Shown here: positions 50,676 to 64,000 of the stretch, piece after piece | Layout: every line of letters starts with the position of its first letter | Position numbering within the stretch: the first letter of the stretch is position 1 | Assembly (NCBI GenBank): GCA_045837725.1 | Contig: JBEWZL010000232.1 | Location: forward strand, 496,001-560,000 | Reading direction: 5' to 3' | From: Vermamoeba vermiformis | Lineage: Eukaryota | Length of the DNA stretch: 64,000 bases | Notes under the pieces: generated by a model | What the model was told of the DNA's origin: nothing | The model's database searches: none | Seen by the model: the letters and a program-made list of their open reading frames with translations, nothing else | Made by a program: the position numbers and the translations under genes

Positions 50676-53600
50676 TTAGCATTTTTTGAGCAGACTTCGC
50701 GCCGTGGACACAAAATCGTGAAATTCCATCAAAAAGCTCGTGCCAAATTCTTCGCGCGAATTTACCAATTTAGGATTGACCGTTGTTAACTTTGTAAATG
50801 CTTGTGCTAATCGTTGTTGGTTATTTGGATCCGTTTGTTGGATCAGCTGTTGAACAAACGTGGTGTAGGTATCCTGCTGGATGAAAAACAGTGCGAATAA
50901 AGTAGATCCAGCGGTGTCAATTAAATCCATGCTGAAATTATCTTCTAATAACACCAGCGTTAAAATGGCTTGCAATAATTGCGGCAATGATTCGCGCTTG
51001 GTCGGGTGAAGAATAACTTGACTTTCTATAATAGGAAATAGGCATTGGTTAGAGTACATTATATAAGTATAATTAATCTTATTAGAAAAGTAATCAATAA
51101 GAGGTCAATGTTCAGTATTAATTTCTCAACAGCAATTGGAACCGCTTCAGAAAAAGCAAATCCTTTCTGAAATCTCGTGTAGAACCATCATTTTGACCTC
51201 ATTATTGCCAAATATAGTAGCGTCATTCGAATATCGAACGATTTTACAGTTCACCGAACAAAACGTACCGTCAGCTAAAGCTCGAATTGCATCCAACGAA
51301 GCGCTAACAATATTGTTGTTCGAGCTACAATATGACTGTGTTAGAGTAATTATTAATATATGAATAGCAGCTTACTGTTTTAAGGCAAATTGAAGCGAGC
51401 CAATGATGCCCGAGTAAAGCGGATCTGGAATTTCGTGAATTTGACCAATGTAGCATCTAAATACTGAAGATATGACGCCGTAATATGAAGTGCATAGCTT
51501 AGGGAACTATCAAAGATATTAGTACTCGATCCGTTGACAACAGGAAAAAAATTGAAATTTGGATCTCGTTACAAAGTTGTTACTTACGAATAAAATGTCG
51601 CGAGTAATTAACGGAATAATAACTGATAGACCATAGAACACCGTTTCAGCGATCCATTTGCCAGGATTGTTACTCTCCCCGACATTATCTTGTTCAAACT
51701 CGAGCAGATTCGACAACATTTTCAAAATGAGGAGCATTTCTTTGTATTGTTCTTTCTCTTGTTGCGCGTGCAGGTCTTTGTTTTTGACAATTGCATTCTT
51801 GCCGAGCCCTGTCGCTTGGAACGCCTTGAAGAACGCGCCGCACGCGTTGATGAAAACTGTTGCTGCTTGAGTGGGCAAATAGGGCAACTAAATAATAAAA
51901 ATTATTAATGAAAATTTGATGAAAAATAATACATTAATAATTGTTCCTAATCAAATATTCATTAATTAAAGTCGGATCTGAATTTTCCTTTTTTGGTAAG
52001 CTCGATCTACTTACCGCGTACTTCGCAAAGTCGTTGTAGACGTGTAACAACAATGCAACGACTTCATAGTAGTCTTTGTACACCGTAATCAATTGAACGA
52101 ATGCTTGGAAGAATTTTGAGCAGTAATTGAAGATCAGCTCAATGTTTTCCTTGGATGCGGCTTGAATGATGCCACGATAATTCTAGCGAATAAAATATTA
52201 GAGGCATGCCTTAAAGTTGATACTATTACTATATACCTCGAGGTATTTTTCAACTCTCTTCATTATTCCTGGATGGCTTGATTTTTTGACGAATTCCGGA
52301 TCTTGTAATGTTCCAATTAAGCCAGTCTAACAATAGTATTAATAAACGTAAATAATAAACAAGATAACTTTACCTCGAGAGGCGTTATTAATTGCTCAAA
52401 ATAGGATTGTTTTTCATTCGGAGCCCATTTCCTGCTCATTTTAATCAAGCCACAAATAATTTTGCGCTGAGTTTCCAACGGAATGGTCAAATAAACATCG
52501 CCGATTGTTTCTTTGGACGGATCAGAAGTCAATAAGCGCATATACAACTCCAGTAATTGTTTCCACGATCCTAAATATTAAAGTTAGCACCAGTACGAAA
52601 AATTTCCTTATTTGGATAAAACGCGTACCTAATCCAACGAGGGAAGCACCAGGAAGCTTTAACTTTGAAATTGCGAGCAATAAATCGCCAGTCTATTAAA
52701 ATATCGTTAGTATACTTATTCTGTTGATCTGCTGCCACGTACATTTTTTGCAACTTTTTCCTCGCTGCCCATGTAGACGAGATTTGTAACGACTTTTAAA
52801 AACATAAAGTCGACCACACTGAGGGCTTGGGCAGGTTCATCGTACGCCATGGCCAACGAAGGACTATTCATAGCCATTCATTAATGTTAAACTAATATTG
52901 ATATCAGAAAGACAATATTAATACGCACCTAGTATGATCGCCCTTGAGCAAATAAGACTCGGTCCAGCGGCACAAAAACCACGAAATTGTTTCGGTGACT
53001 AAAGGACTCCACATATCATGCTACAAAAAAATTAATAAAATACCTACCAAATTATACTTTTTGCCGTTACCTTCTTATTAACCAAGCAATCTTTTTCGAA
53101 ATTAGCGATGTGCATAAGAATTGAAATTAGACCCATGATCGGATCCGGTCCATTTCTACTGCTGGCAGCCAATGACAAATTCGCCACGGCAGGAGGCACC
53201 GAGGGCTCTTCTCCTTCAGGCGAGTCGCACAAAAATCCACCCGCGATGATAATCAACCAATGAATTTCTTCCAATAAAGTTACGATCATAACGCCTATTT
53301 GCATGAATGATCGTTAGTTAGATACGCAAAAAAATTGTTGTCGTCGCTACAATTCCCAGAGAATAAAAAAATGAATTACAATAGCCCCTATTCGTTTATC
53401 AAGAAGCCAAAAACAAAAAAAGATAAGAGCACAACACCTCCGATTCCCAGGTAGTCTCCTACCCCAGTACTAAGAAGGCCTGAACAAGCTTAACTTCGCT
53501 GATCGGACGGGAAGCGGTGCATTCTTGTTAGTGTGGTCGTGCCCGAGCCGATTTGCAACGTCGAGTTCGGGTCACTACTTGCCACCACGTGCGAATTTTC

Positions 53601-55976
53601 ACCGTAGAAAATATCCGCAAGTTCCACACTAACAAGAATACACCGTTCTCATCGCGGAGATTTAAAGAAATGGCAAAACATACCTGAAGCAGGGCCTTGT
53701 TGCGCAAATTTAGTGGCTTGATTTAATCGCTCAGTCAATGCCTCTGTCAACAGATTTGCCGCGTTCAACGCGTCCAACCTTCCTAAATTGGCAATCGAAA
53801 CCAACTGCTCTTCGTATTGAACCTAAATACAAAACATTAGAACGATGCAAATGAGTTGAAAAGTATTTTGACGCGTCAAACTTACATAATCACTTGGCAC
53901 GTCTTGTTGTTCATCTTCGTCTCTTTCTTCGTATAACTCAGCGCGGGCAATTTTCAACTTTGTGTCGAGGTACATTCTAAATATTTGCGCGGTGTATTGT
54001 TGTAATCGTGCTGCTGGCTCGCCGGTCAATGTGTCTGCGTCTCGAGCTAGAAAATGAAGCCACAGTTAATTCTGCATTAATTTTCGTTGGTAAAATTTCA
54101 GTACCTAAGAAGTCCCATGCCTCCAATAAATTATCAAAGGCCTCGTTGAAGTACGTTCTGTCATTGATGTCATCGACGTCTGCGAGATTCTTCAAGACAT
54201 TGCAACTGAATTGCGTAAAGTTTTGCAAAAATGCTTCGAAGAGCGGTGACTGCGTGATTAATTTCAGTGAAAAGTTCGTCGTGACTCGATCGAACATGCG
54301 TGAAAGACTCAAGATTTCATTGGTGGATAAGTTAGGCCTGGAAGAAGTTCGTTAGAAATGGATCTGAGTGCGTGAGGAGTATTGTGAAAAAAGTATACAA
54401 AGGTATATAAATAGCGTGATATACGTACAAAGATACGAGGTGGAATAGGCCAGGCAAAAATGCGTTGAAATAAGAAAGGGTCTCGGCTTCTTTGGCGAAA
54501 ACATCTCCGCTCAAAGACGCCAGTTGAATCAAACACTCGCCAATCAAGTGCAACAATGATCGGTCGTGTCGGAGCAGCGTATAAGATTCGAAAAAGAATC
54601 GCAAAGTTCCAAAGTTTTTGACCAAGACTTCGTTCCATTGGGCTCCTGGGTGGAACGATTTACCAGTCGTAGGAGTTGTAAAACCGAAGCCCAAGAATGA
54701 AGCTACGAACGAAATTTAGGTCAATAAATAATTATCGTTCCCACTTGTACAAATTTAGACAATAGAAGTCGGATTCGGAAATTTTACGGCAAAATCATTG
54801 CAAATAAATTAAATGTAAAATACGTACAATAATCGTCAAAAGGCCATGATAGAATAGTAGATAATAAGTTCAAGCTCTTTGAAACCATTCTGACTTCGAT
54901 TTCTTGAAGTTGAGATCCACGCTTGAAAATTCCTTCCAACAGCTGCATAACTAAGAGAAAAATCTTGCCTAAATAATGTTCCTAGAAAAGGATTTATTAG
55001 AATTCTATCGAATATGACTGAAGCAATATTTTACGCCATACTTCAAAAGTTTGCATTGAAAGCACGTGATAGGCCCATGGCACGCCGAGTGGCGTCGATT
55101 TTGAAGACGATGAAAACTCCAATACTAACGCTTGACATAATAACACTGCAATAAATTGCTACAAGACCAAGTTAGTCAGATCCATGATCGCGTGAAACTG
55201 TCAATTGGCACGTACGTATTGAGGTTCACCGGCAAGTAATTGAGAAATTTGATTGAATATTCCGTGCTGGGCGGGGCCTGGGAAATTTTCTTTGTCTTCA
55301 TCGGGAATCCATCCTCGCTTGACGACCACTGCTAACGTTTGAAGTGCTTGTTGCACAACATACATCGCACTTCTATAAATTATAATAAATCAACGTTAAT
55401 TTCATAGGAGCAAGGTATTATAGTACTAACATACCCTGGCAAGTTGGCATTTTGCGTAACGAATTTTAACATGACGTTTTTGACTCCTTCAACTTCTTCA
55501 GGCTTCATCGTGGCCCAGTCCCGAAGTACTGACTCGGTGATTGCGCCAATTGCTTGAAACTGAACGATACCCACTTTTGAGTGCTCTAATATCACTTAAT
55601 TAGTAGCTGTTCCTCAACAGATGCGGCTTTCGATCTGGATCTTCGATAATTCGCTTTGTATTCGCCGAAAAAAATAGTTAGCAAACATGTGCTTTACCTA
55701 AAATAAATACGGCAGCGGGCAATATCCCAGGAGTCTTTCTGAATTCGAGAAGGACTTGTTCATTTTGTTTAGTTGGTTGGCGCTGTCGAAAAAATTATTT
55801 AGGATGTTGGGTGGCATAAATTAATATATAGTAAATTTATGACGTCAATTAAGCAACAGTAGGATTTTTTTGATTTAAATTAACGAAAAATAGATCTGGG
55901 CGCGAAAGTAATAACCGACCTGAAAGTCTAAGCAGGCTTTCTCCAACGTTTGTAAGATATGTGCATAATTTTCCAT
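50676..55976 (-). CDS. XPO4: Exportin-4-like karyopherin-beta
   Basis: LEKACLDFQ..EQVLLEFRK..ILEHSK..QFQA..ESVLRDW; AVVVKRGW; CLIQLASLSG; LEEIHWLIIIAG; FPKLCTSYY; AGSTLFAL. Confidence 0.75.
53410..53421 (-). terminator. Pol III terminator T-run after the 5S gene
   Basis: T7 followed by G and another T-run a few nt past the 5S 3' end on the minus strand. Confidence 0.7.
53425..53544 (-). rRNA. 5S rRNA gene inside an intron of the exportin gene
   Basis: Reverse complement GGGCACGACCACACTAACAAGAATGCACCGCTTCCCGTCCGATCAGCGAAGTTAAGC..TTAGTACTGGGGTAGGAGACTACCTGGGAATCGGAGGTGTTGTGCTCTT, 120 nt; ends pair (helix I); A-box and C-box-like elements; T-run just downstream. Confidence 0.93.
53624..53652 (+). 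repeat. Inverted partial copy of the 5S 5' region
   Basis: CCACACTAACAAGAATACACCG matches the 5S gene's CCACACTAACAAGAATGCACCG at 21/22, on the opposite strand. Confidence 0.8.
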
Positions 55977-56114
55977 TGTTTATAAGCTATATAATAAATA
56001 GATAAGCAATCACCGGTGTTGTTCCATGGATTTGAAAAAATAAACAACTTTTCTAACCAATAAGCAATAAAAATATTTATGTGACATGAGATTATTTACA
56101 AATGAATACAAGGG

Positions 56115-56884
56115 TTACAAAAAGAATGCTAAAAGCACAATTAGCCCTGCTGAGAAGCCCAAGACGTTGGCATCTGAACCAAGTTTAGTGGCAGGCACTG
56201 TTGTAGGCTCGTTGCTCGTGGGTGCCTCAGGAACAGGAATAATAGGTTCACCACAAATAGCAGACCATGATTCTTCGCTGCTGTCATCTTCAACCCAGAT
56301 CGCGCCGTACATGTCGTTAAAGTAGTGCGAAATACAGATGTAAGGATAGACACCCAACTCATTATCGACGGTTGTTTCAAAGGACGCATAGTCGCCAGAA
56401 TTTACTTTGCCAACAAAGGAAGTGTTGTCTTCAGTGAAGGTGTAGGAGGCTGATGCAGAAAGGTTAACAAGCGAACAGATCCGGTAATTATTGGGAATGT
56501 AAGAAAACGTATTTTTTTCGTAAATCTCATCAAATTAATTAAAAATCAAATCGTAATTTCTTTACAAATTATAGAGAAGGCCTTGGCGACCTGGATCTTT
56601 GAGATCTGTCAAAGCTTACATGACACCGTGCCTGGTGCGAGAGGATGCGAAGAAAAGCTTCCATTAAACAGCACAGTAGTGTTAACTGATATTCTAACGC
56701 ATGCAGGGCTGTAGAAATAATCTCCAAAGTCAATCTCGATCGTCGCCTGACCTCTAAGATCTGTAGCGGTCTGCCAGTTGCAACGATTTACCGTACAAGT
56801 AATGTTTGATCGTTGAGCAGAGCAAGAGGTCGTAAAGCAAAGTAATACTAAGCTTAAAGCGACGATGAGAGCCTTGGAGTACAT
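56115..56884 (-). CDS. Secreted or GPI-anchored cupredoxin-like protein, paralog of 442-1113
   Basis: Signal peptide; YSPACVRISVNTTVLFNGSFSSHPLAPG; GVYPYICISHYFNDMYGAIWV; P/T linker and hydrophobic tail. Confidence 0.75.
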
Positions 56885-57766
56885 GAAGACGATCGAGCTT
56901 TGAAGTTGTGGTTGATTTGTGGCTGGCGACGCGGATAATAATCGAACGAACAACAAAAAATATTTTATACCGCACGCGGATTAATAAATTTCGATGCCAG
57001 ACTATTTCGCCGTTCGGTTGGTGTGAGCCAACGAAACTTTCAAAAAATTAAAATATCTCCTCAGATTTGTGTACCACCATTGATCATACGCATTGTTGCG
57101 TATGACACAAGAGGTTAACAGAGTAGAAAGGAAATTGGTTGATCGCACGATAACGCACCAAGCGAAAACCACAGCCCTTTAGACCGTGCACGGTTTAGTT
57201 GGACATACCAAAAGGATCATGCGCGTGCATCTTACTCGCATTTGAGTCAGTAAGCTAGCCGAATCTGCACGGATCTTTTGGTAACGTTTTTAAAATAATA
57301 TTACAGAAAACAATGCAGTTTTGTAATATATTATTAATTAATTTCTCATTCTAATTGTTGTTTTATACCTAAGTAGTAGAAGAACAGAAATCTAGCAAAT
57401 AATTTACAAAGTTTTTAGATTTGATCAAAAATAATAGTCATTTACCGCCAAACAATTTTACGGAGTAGAAAATATGATTTCCACTATAATCAGTTTATTC
57501 TTTCGAATATAAGCTTAATATTTGTTACCTCATTGACTTGCTCAATCTGCTATTTACTCTTCGACCTTGCCATCTCTAACAAATCATAAGTTCCTTACTT
57601 CTTTAATTTGTTGTGGAGTAATAGTTCTCCCTCGCCGTAATATTTGCAAACAGGAGAACTTACGACCGGATCAACTATTTTTTCGACGGACTTTTTAATG
57701 TGCCGCTGCTAAATCTGCCATATCAACTTGCATTTCACTAAAGAAGACCACAAGTAGTGATCTATC

Positions 57767-59739
57767 ATGAACCTCTTGCTAGTTATTCTAGGAATCATTG
57801 CCGCTGGATCCGTTTGGATGTACAGCGCGATCAGACGATGGGGCGATGAAGGTAACAGCCGCTTCAAAGAGGGCAAAGACATACCTGGACCACCGCGTCA
57901 CTGGCTATTAGGAAATATCAAACACGTAAGGCTTATCAAACAAATTGGAATTGAAGTACTAATTTTCTGGATGTAGATGGATCCAAACTGTACTCACATT
58001 AAATTTCATAACATGATCGAGCAGTACGGCAAGGTAAGTTAATTAGTTATTATATTTAATGGATTGCAATTAATTAGCTAATTGAAATTGCAGGTTTGCC
58101 GCTTTTGGGCAGGTCCGCTGTTTAAGTACGTGAAAACTCGATTCAGATTTATGTTCTGCATTTAGAAAGCAACCTGAAACTGAAACAATATAAATTTAGG
58201 TTCGTGGTCGTATCTGACCCTAAATTCGTCGAGCAAGTTCTCGTGCACCAGCGAGACAACTACACGAACTCAGATCAGTTCCGTGAGGCGATGGGCAGCA
58301 TCTCGCCAAATGGTCTTATTGTTATTGAAGGTGAACATTGGGCCAAATTGCGTCGTTTGACGCAAGCTGCATTGCAGATTTCGAAACTCCGTCAGATGCC
58401 ACCGCTGGTAGAAAAGTGTTGCCACGACATGTTTGCTGAATGGGAGAAGGCTGCAATTGCTAACGACCACGTGATTGATGTTAATACTAGCAGTGCTTCG
58501 CAAAAGCAAATCGTTATTGACAGCAAAGACTGGTTTGATAAGCTGTTGTTCGATGCTTTTGGCGAGTTTGGCTACGGCTACAATTTCAACACTATTCAAG
58601 GCAAGAACTTGGACATTTCTGACGCCACAAAGGCTCTTTGGACTGCGATCAAGTAAGACTCTTTTCCTTCTTTTCATCTCACGAGACCTCCGTCGAGATC
58701 TGGATCCGCACTCCACAAAAATTCAAGTGTCAACCTTAATTCCGATATCGATACTAATGGCCTTTTAGGTTCCGCACTGTTCTACCATTCAAGTTTTTGT
58801 ACAAATTGCCCACTGCTTCCAACAAGAAATTCGCTGCTGCGAAGAAGCTTGTCCAAGACTTTACGAAAGGGTTGATTGAAATGAAGAAAGAGCGCGTTAA
58901 ACGAGAACATATTACCGAGCCTGAAGACCTCTTAACAGCGCTTTTGCTCGCAGCTGAAAAGGGAGAGAGCTTGACCGAGGAAGAAGTGCTCGATAACATC
59001 ATCTTGTTTTACTTTGGCAGCTTTGAAACGACCTCGAACACTTTGGCGTTTACGTTGGACTTCATTGCCACTAATCCCGAAGTTCAACAGCGAATCATTG
59101 AAGAGGTAAGTCTTGTTTTACTTAACTAAAGTCCAACGACTAATTTGTTGTTTCAGATTAATCCTCAGGGCGGCAAATTGGATTATTTCAACATGCCTTA
59201 TTTGGACAACGTTATCAAAGAGTCAATGAGATTGAGACCAACTTCGTTAGCTATCCCACGTACTGCGTTAGTAGATCATATCGTTGAAGGATGGAAGGTG
59301 CCTAAAGGTTCAATCATTACCATGAACATCTATGAGATGGGACGCGATCCGGGTATGAAATCCGATCCGCGCAAAATTTGACTTACTTATGCTACTCTTA
59401 TAGCACTCTGGGGATGCTCTACGCGGGAAGAAGTCGATCGATTCGATCCTGATCGTTGGAACAATGCTGAGCATGCTGAGATCCGTCGTTACACGTACTT
59501 GCCCTTCGGAGCCGGATCTCGCATGTGCGTCGGCATGAAATTGGCTAATTTAGGTAAGGATGCTATATAAACTCAGTGAAACACTACTTACACGCTGTAT
59601 TGTAGAAATGAAGGTCGTGTTGACTGAGATCTTGCGTCGTTACGTTGTTTCTCCGGATCCAAAGAGACCGCTAGAGCTTTATACCGACAGCACTTTGCAA
59701 CCAAGAGGCGCTTGGGTTATATTAACTCCTCGTAAATAA
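57767..59739 (+). CDS. Cytochrome P450, microsomal type
   Basis: N-terminal anchor and PGPP; GSFETT (I-helix); ESMR (ExxR); FDPDRW; PFGAGSRMCVG heme motif. Confidence 0.93.
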
Positions 59740-59857
59740 TTTGCTTTCTGAAAGCTGGTGTTCCGTTTGTAAATAAAGAACTTCCGCTTGTACCCAAAAA
59801 TTAGTGCGTTGTGTCAATAGATTAACACAATCAAAGCACTGCTTCTTGTAGAAGAAA

Positions 59858-62800
59858 ATGGAGCAACAACATTGCTTTAGTAATTTGCCGACAGAGGCTC
59901 TATTTAGCTTTTTTTGCTCGCTTGATCCATTCCTGCTCGGTAAGTTCCAGATTTTATTCAAAAATTCAAATGAAGCGAATCGTTAAAATTAATTTGAATA
60001 CTTGGAATATACTGATTCAAGATTTAAAATAATTTTGGCCGTTTCGTATTGATTCTGTGATGAATCGTGGGTCGCGATTCAGTCGCTAATTAATAATGAC
60101 CAATTTTAATGTTTTACCTTTTATGTATTATTTGATATAAACAACACCGTTCATTACAATTCCAGTAAATGCTTACCTTGTAATTTCGGCCATAATTCGT
60201 CATAATCGCGCAAAAATAAACACAAATACGACTTGATTAATTCAAAAATATTTTAGGCACGTACAGCACGGTTTGCAAAAAATGGGCACAGATGTGCAGA
60301 GACAACGAGCTGTGGAGGCAATATTGCATCGAAAGATGGGATAAAAACCCGAAAGAATCAGATTGTGCAAAGAACTGGCTTATTCCTGTTCGTGAAGGCG
60401 GTAAGAGAAGATGCCATTTCTGTTTTCGTTCTTTCGTAACATTTTGTTTGACAGGAGGATCCAAAGAAAATCGAATAGATTGGAGGAGATGCTATTTGCT
60501 ACGGTATTTTTATTGTATGCCGTATTTCTTATGGGCACTGCTCTAACATATTTCCAGATCGCATTACGATAGTGCCACCAAATTTTTTCAGCTTGTTCCT
60601 GAAAAGAAACAACGATTAGGATTCTTGAAAAGGAAGGGAAAGAAGGCAAGTCAAGCTGATGCTGATTTGTTTGCCAACGGCTGGCCTTCCGCTGAAGATC
60701 TGTTTAGTTTTGAAAAGCGCGTCAAGGCTGTTATTACAAAAATAACGAGCGATCCCAATGCATTTGATATAGACTATATGCCCGATCATACCTTGCTGTT
60801 CTTGTTCCTCGAGTTGGAATTATCAATATTGCGCCGGATCAACATCTCGCGTGTTAAATATCTTGGCTTTGCGGGACGATTTTTGGACCGTTTTCCCTCA
60901 TTTTCAAGAATTTATGCAGAAGAGGTGCCTCCAAGGTAGAATTTAAGACATTTGTTACTATTATATTCTGACAATCTGTTCAGACTTGTAGAGTTTGCCG
61001 CTCAGTACGCTGAATTAGCGGCAGAGAAAGATATTCCGTCGGATATAGTTGCAGAGTTATTTGAAAAGATAGCTAGTATCTTTATTGACTTAATTGGCAA
61101 TGTTGTTTTGCATCCCGAGTTCAGCGTCAACTTGACACGATTTATCTCCCTAATAATCTCGAGTTCAATGCAACCAATGAAAAACGGACTGGTAAGCAGC
61201 TTTTTATTAACGTATCTTATTGTTGATTCGTCTTTAAGAAACAATGGGCCTTTGAACAAGAAGACATGCGACCGACTTCACCGACCCAAAGTTTTGAACA
61301 GATATTGCATTTAATTACCAACGCTTTAAGTACGCAAATATAACTACTTTTTGATATTAATCGTTTGAAATTAGCTAACAAGCCTGACCTGGGAATGTCA
61401 ATATTTTCCGCTGCAATTAGATCTGCAATTGGACCAATTGAAACGAAAGAACAAATTATCACAATGCTATCCGTGATATCCGCAATTGCACAGGGTTGCA
61501 GACAGTATATACTGGACAATTCAAAAGCATTTATGACTACGTACGTTTAACTCGTCGAGTCTTCTAATTAATAACGATTGTACCAGCACAATTCTTCCGT
61601 ACTGGAAGCCCCTTCAAGATGCAGAGTATTTGGTTCCGTTACTGCACTTTGTCTCCTATGTACTTACTTGCACAACAGCGGTATGTCAACCAATGGCAGT
61701 TATGTTTAATAACACTTCTTTCAGGAAGTTATCCAAATGCAGTTTGTAAACGAGATAATACCACCACTTTTGGAAATGGCCAAGCACGAGAATCACAAGT
61801 AGGTTACATTTTTATGCCATCGTCGTCTAATAGATTTCTAGTGTACAACGCGAAGTTGCCCATTTTATTATTTCTTATTGTGCCTACTTGAACGACGAGG
61901 ATACATTAGTACCGTACCTAGCCGACCTATTGGAGGTCTTTTACGATTATTTTGAAAGCAAATATGCTTCTGTTCGCAAAGAAGCTGTTTTTGCCGTTAG
62001 TTCGTTGATCTTAACTTGCAGCACATCGTTCAGCAAGGTAATAACGTTTACGAAATGCAAGGAACATTACTAAAGTTTCGTCAACACAGAATAAAGATCG
62101 TATGATGAAAGAATTCCGAACATTGTTAGCAAATGGCAACGCATCAGATCGTGAAGCTGTGGTCGAAGCGCTATCGAGAATTGGAGTTGGTATTGGAGAC
62201 CAAAAATCAAGCATTGAAGCAGACATTGAAGTGCTGTACGATCAAGTCGTTGAAGACTGCAAGAGAGATCGTGACGCGCACTTAGATATGCTGTTGAAAA
62301 TGACTGAGTTCGAAGTTGAAGTGCTCGGTCCAAAGTTCTCGAAATACATTCCTTTCGTGCTTCCGTTGATCTTCGATAATGCGAGAATACCTGTCGTAGA
62401 AGAGAAGACCGAAGGTAAAGCAGATTAGTGAAATTGCTTACTAATTATTTGATAGACATTGAAATGGATGATGGCGAAGAGGTGCCAAACTTCAGCAAAC
62501 CAGTAAGCTTTAAGAACTCGTTGATCTATCACCAATTACTCAACTCTCTTAGGTCTTCTTAAAACAAGCCTCCGAAAGAAAAGACGCTGCGTTGGGAGCA
62601 ATTCTAAATATGCTTAGACAGTTTGACCGCACCATGTTTTTGCCGATTCATGAAGATATCGGCGCAGCAGTTAGACATATTATTACGAATCTCGAGCAAA
62701 ACGTTCATGGTACACACCCAATTTATGATAAACGAGAACTAACGTTCGGTTTAGAACAAGTTCGAATGGCAGGTGGTGTGTACAGCGAATACATTCAGAA

Positions 62801-64000
62801 GTTATTTGAGAAAGGAGACCCAGAATGGTGCACGACTGAACGAATGATGGAGTACTGGCTGAACAGCTCCAGCATGTTTGTAGAGAGCATCGATAATATT
62901 GATCTAATACAGACGAAATCTAGCTTTATGTTTCAACTTACTAAGGTACTTGTCTGATTGATCTAGAATACTTGGTGATTCCTTCATGATTAATTTCTTT
63001 ACTTAGATATTCAAACACTTATGTAAAGTCAGCACCCCTTCACAGCCGTTCTTGACTGACGCATTCATGCAAAGATTCACGGAGGAAACGTTCAGTGCAA
63101 TATGGTCACAATTCTATCGAGGTGAAGCACAAGGAATACCACCCGATGAGGTGCATGACTTCGGTTCGGAAGTAAGTCAATTCATAGTGTGCTCAAATTG
63201 ACAATAGAAATGTAGATTGTACATTTAATGGAAGCAGTATGTGCAACAAGTACAGACAAAGAGATATTTTGGAACTTCGCGGATCCAGTTTTACAAAGAA
63301 TCGCTGGAATATTCGAAGACCAAGGCCTTAATGAATATAGATGGTTTGACGCTTGTCTCATTTGCACTGTTTTCGATTATTTTGGCAATGAGTTTTTAAA
63401 CAACGACAGAGTAAGATCAACCACGCTGATTGTTGCATGCCGTTGGCTAACGTTTGATTTGTAGGCAGAGTACTTGCACTTAGTTGCGACCTGTAAAGAG
63501 GTTCAAACGAAAGAGATGTATCAGTGCCTTGCTAATTATTTAGGTACTTTAACAATATGAGCATAATTAATATAACTGACCGTATTTGGCAGGTGTAATG
63601 GCCCGAAAATATCCGAACCTTGTTCCTGTTCCGCTCCAGGAAGATGACGAGAACATTGATTGTAAGCTTTGCAATTGTTTACTCAACAGGTAGATTAACC
63701 CTTTGTTTTAGATCTTTTTAAGTACCTTGAGGACCTGTTGATCGGCGAAGAGTGCCAAAGAGATTCAGGACCAGCTGCCTACGACAATGCATTAAGTGCG
63801 TAATTGAGTAATTGAGTCGCTGATGTGCACAATAATCATTCCTGTTTAGTGGCTATGAGTGGTCTCGTGCTCTTTTTGGTGTCGCTTTACGAGCAGAATA
63901 CAAACAAAGAAAGTGACATAATTGGCCCACGTATCAAGACTCATTTTGCAACATTGACGAGTGCACTTCCTCCTGCTGATAATGGTGATCAAGAAGAAGC
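59858..64000 (+). CDS. F-box + HEAT-like protein (copy B, inverted paralog), runs off the window end
   Basis: Colinear with 46163-50416 in sequence and intron positions. Confidence 0.72.

Noticed and set aside
57083-57195. Small hairpin tcatacgca-ttgt-tgcgtatga and palindrome accgtgcacggt in a divergent promoter region
   Set aside because: Too short to call an ncRNA or element; no tRNA-like structure.
1-64000. CRISPR arrays, transposases, tRNAs, prokaryotic operons
   Set aside because: None recognised by eye; the sequence is eukaryotic.

Overview
Gene-dense, intron-rich eukaryotic DNA with the standard code, mostly short GT-AG introns and short AT-rich intergenic gaps. Gene content suggests a free-living amoeboid protist (inference only). 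About 20 protein genes can be built: two cupredoxin-like surface proteins, DNA polymerase epsilon catalytic subunit, NDP kinase, GH5 endoglucanase with a CBM-like domain, TPR-TKL kinase, RhoGAP, SAM-BTB-SPRY protein, Zn alcohol dehydrogenase, CBS protein, exportin-4-like protein, cytochrome P450, three small membrane proteins and those below. Highlights: (1) a head-to-head two-gene biosynthetic unit, with a methyltransferase-A-T-TE NRPS-like enzyme (Cys in place of the TE Ser) and a DUF6875-like protein otherwise familiar from bacterial clusters; (2) two tandem ABCA half-transporters, each fused through an extra TM helix to a PhoD-like domain lacking several metal ligands; (3) a divergent histone H3-fold protein with an acidic tail; (4) a complete 5S rRNA gene inside an exportin intron, next to an inverted partial copy; (5) an inverted pair of F-box/HEAT genes with near-identical 3' ends. 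Exon boundaries were read by eye and family assignments come from recalled motifs, not searches.
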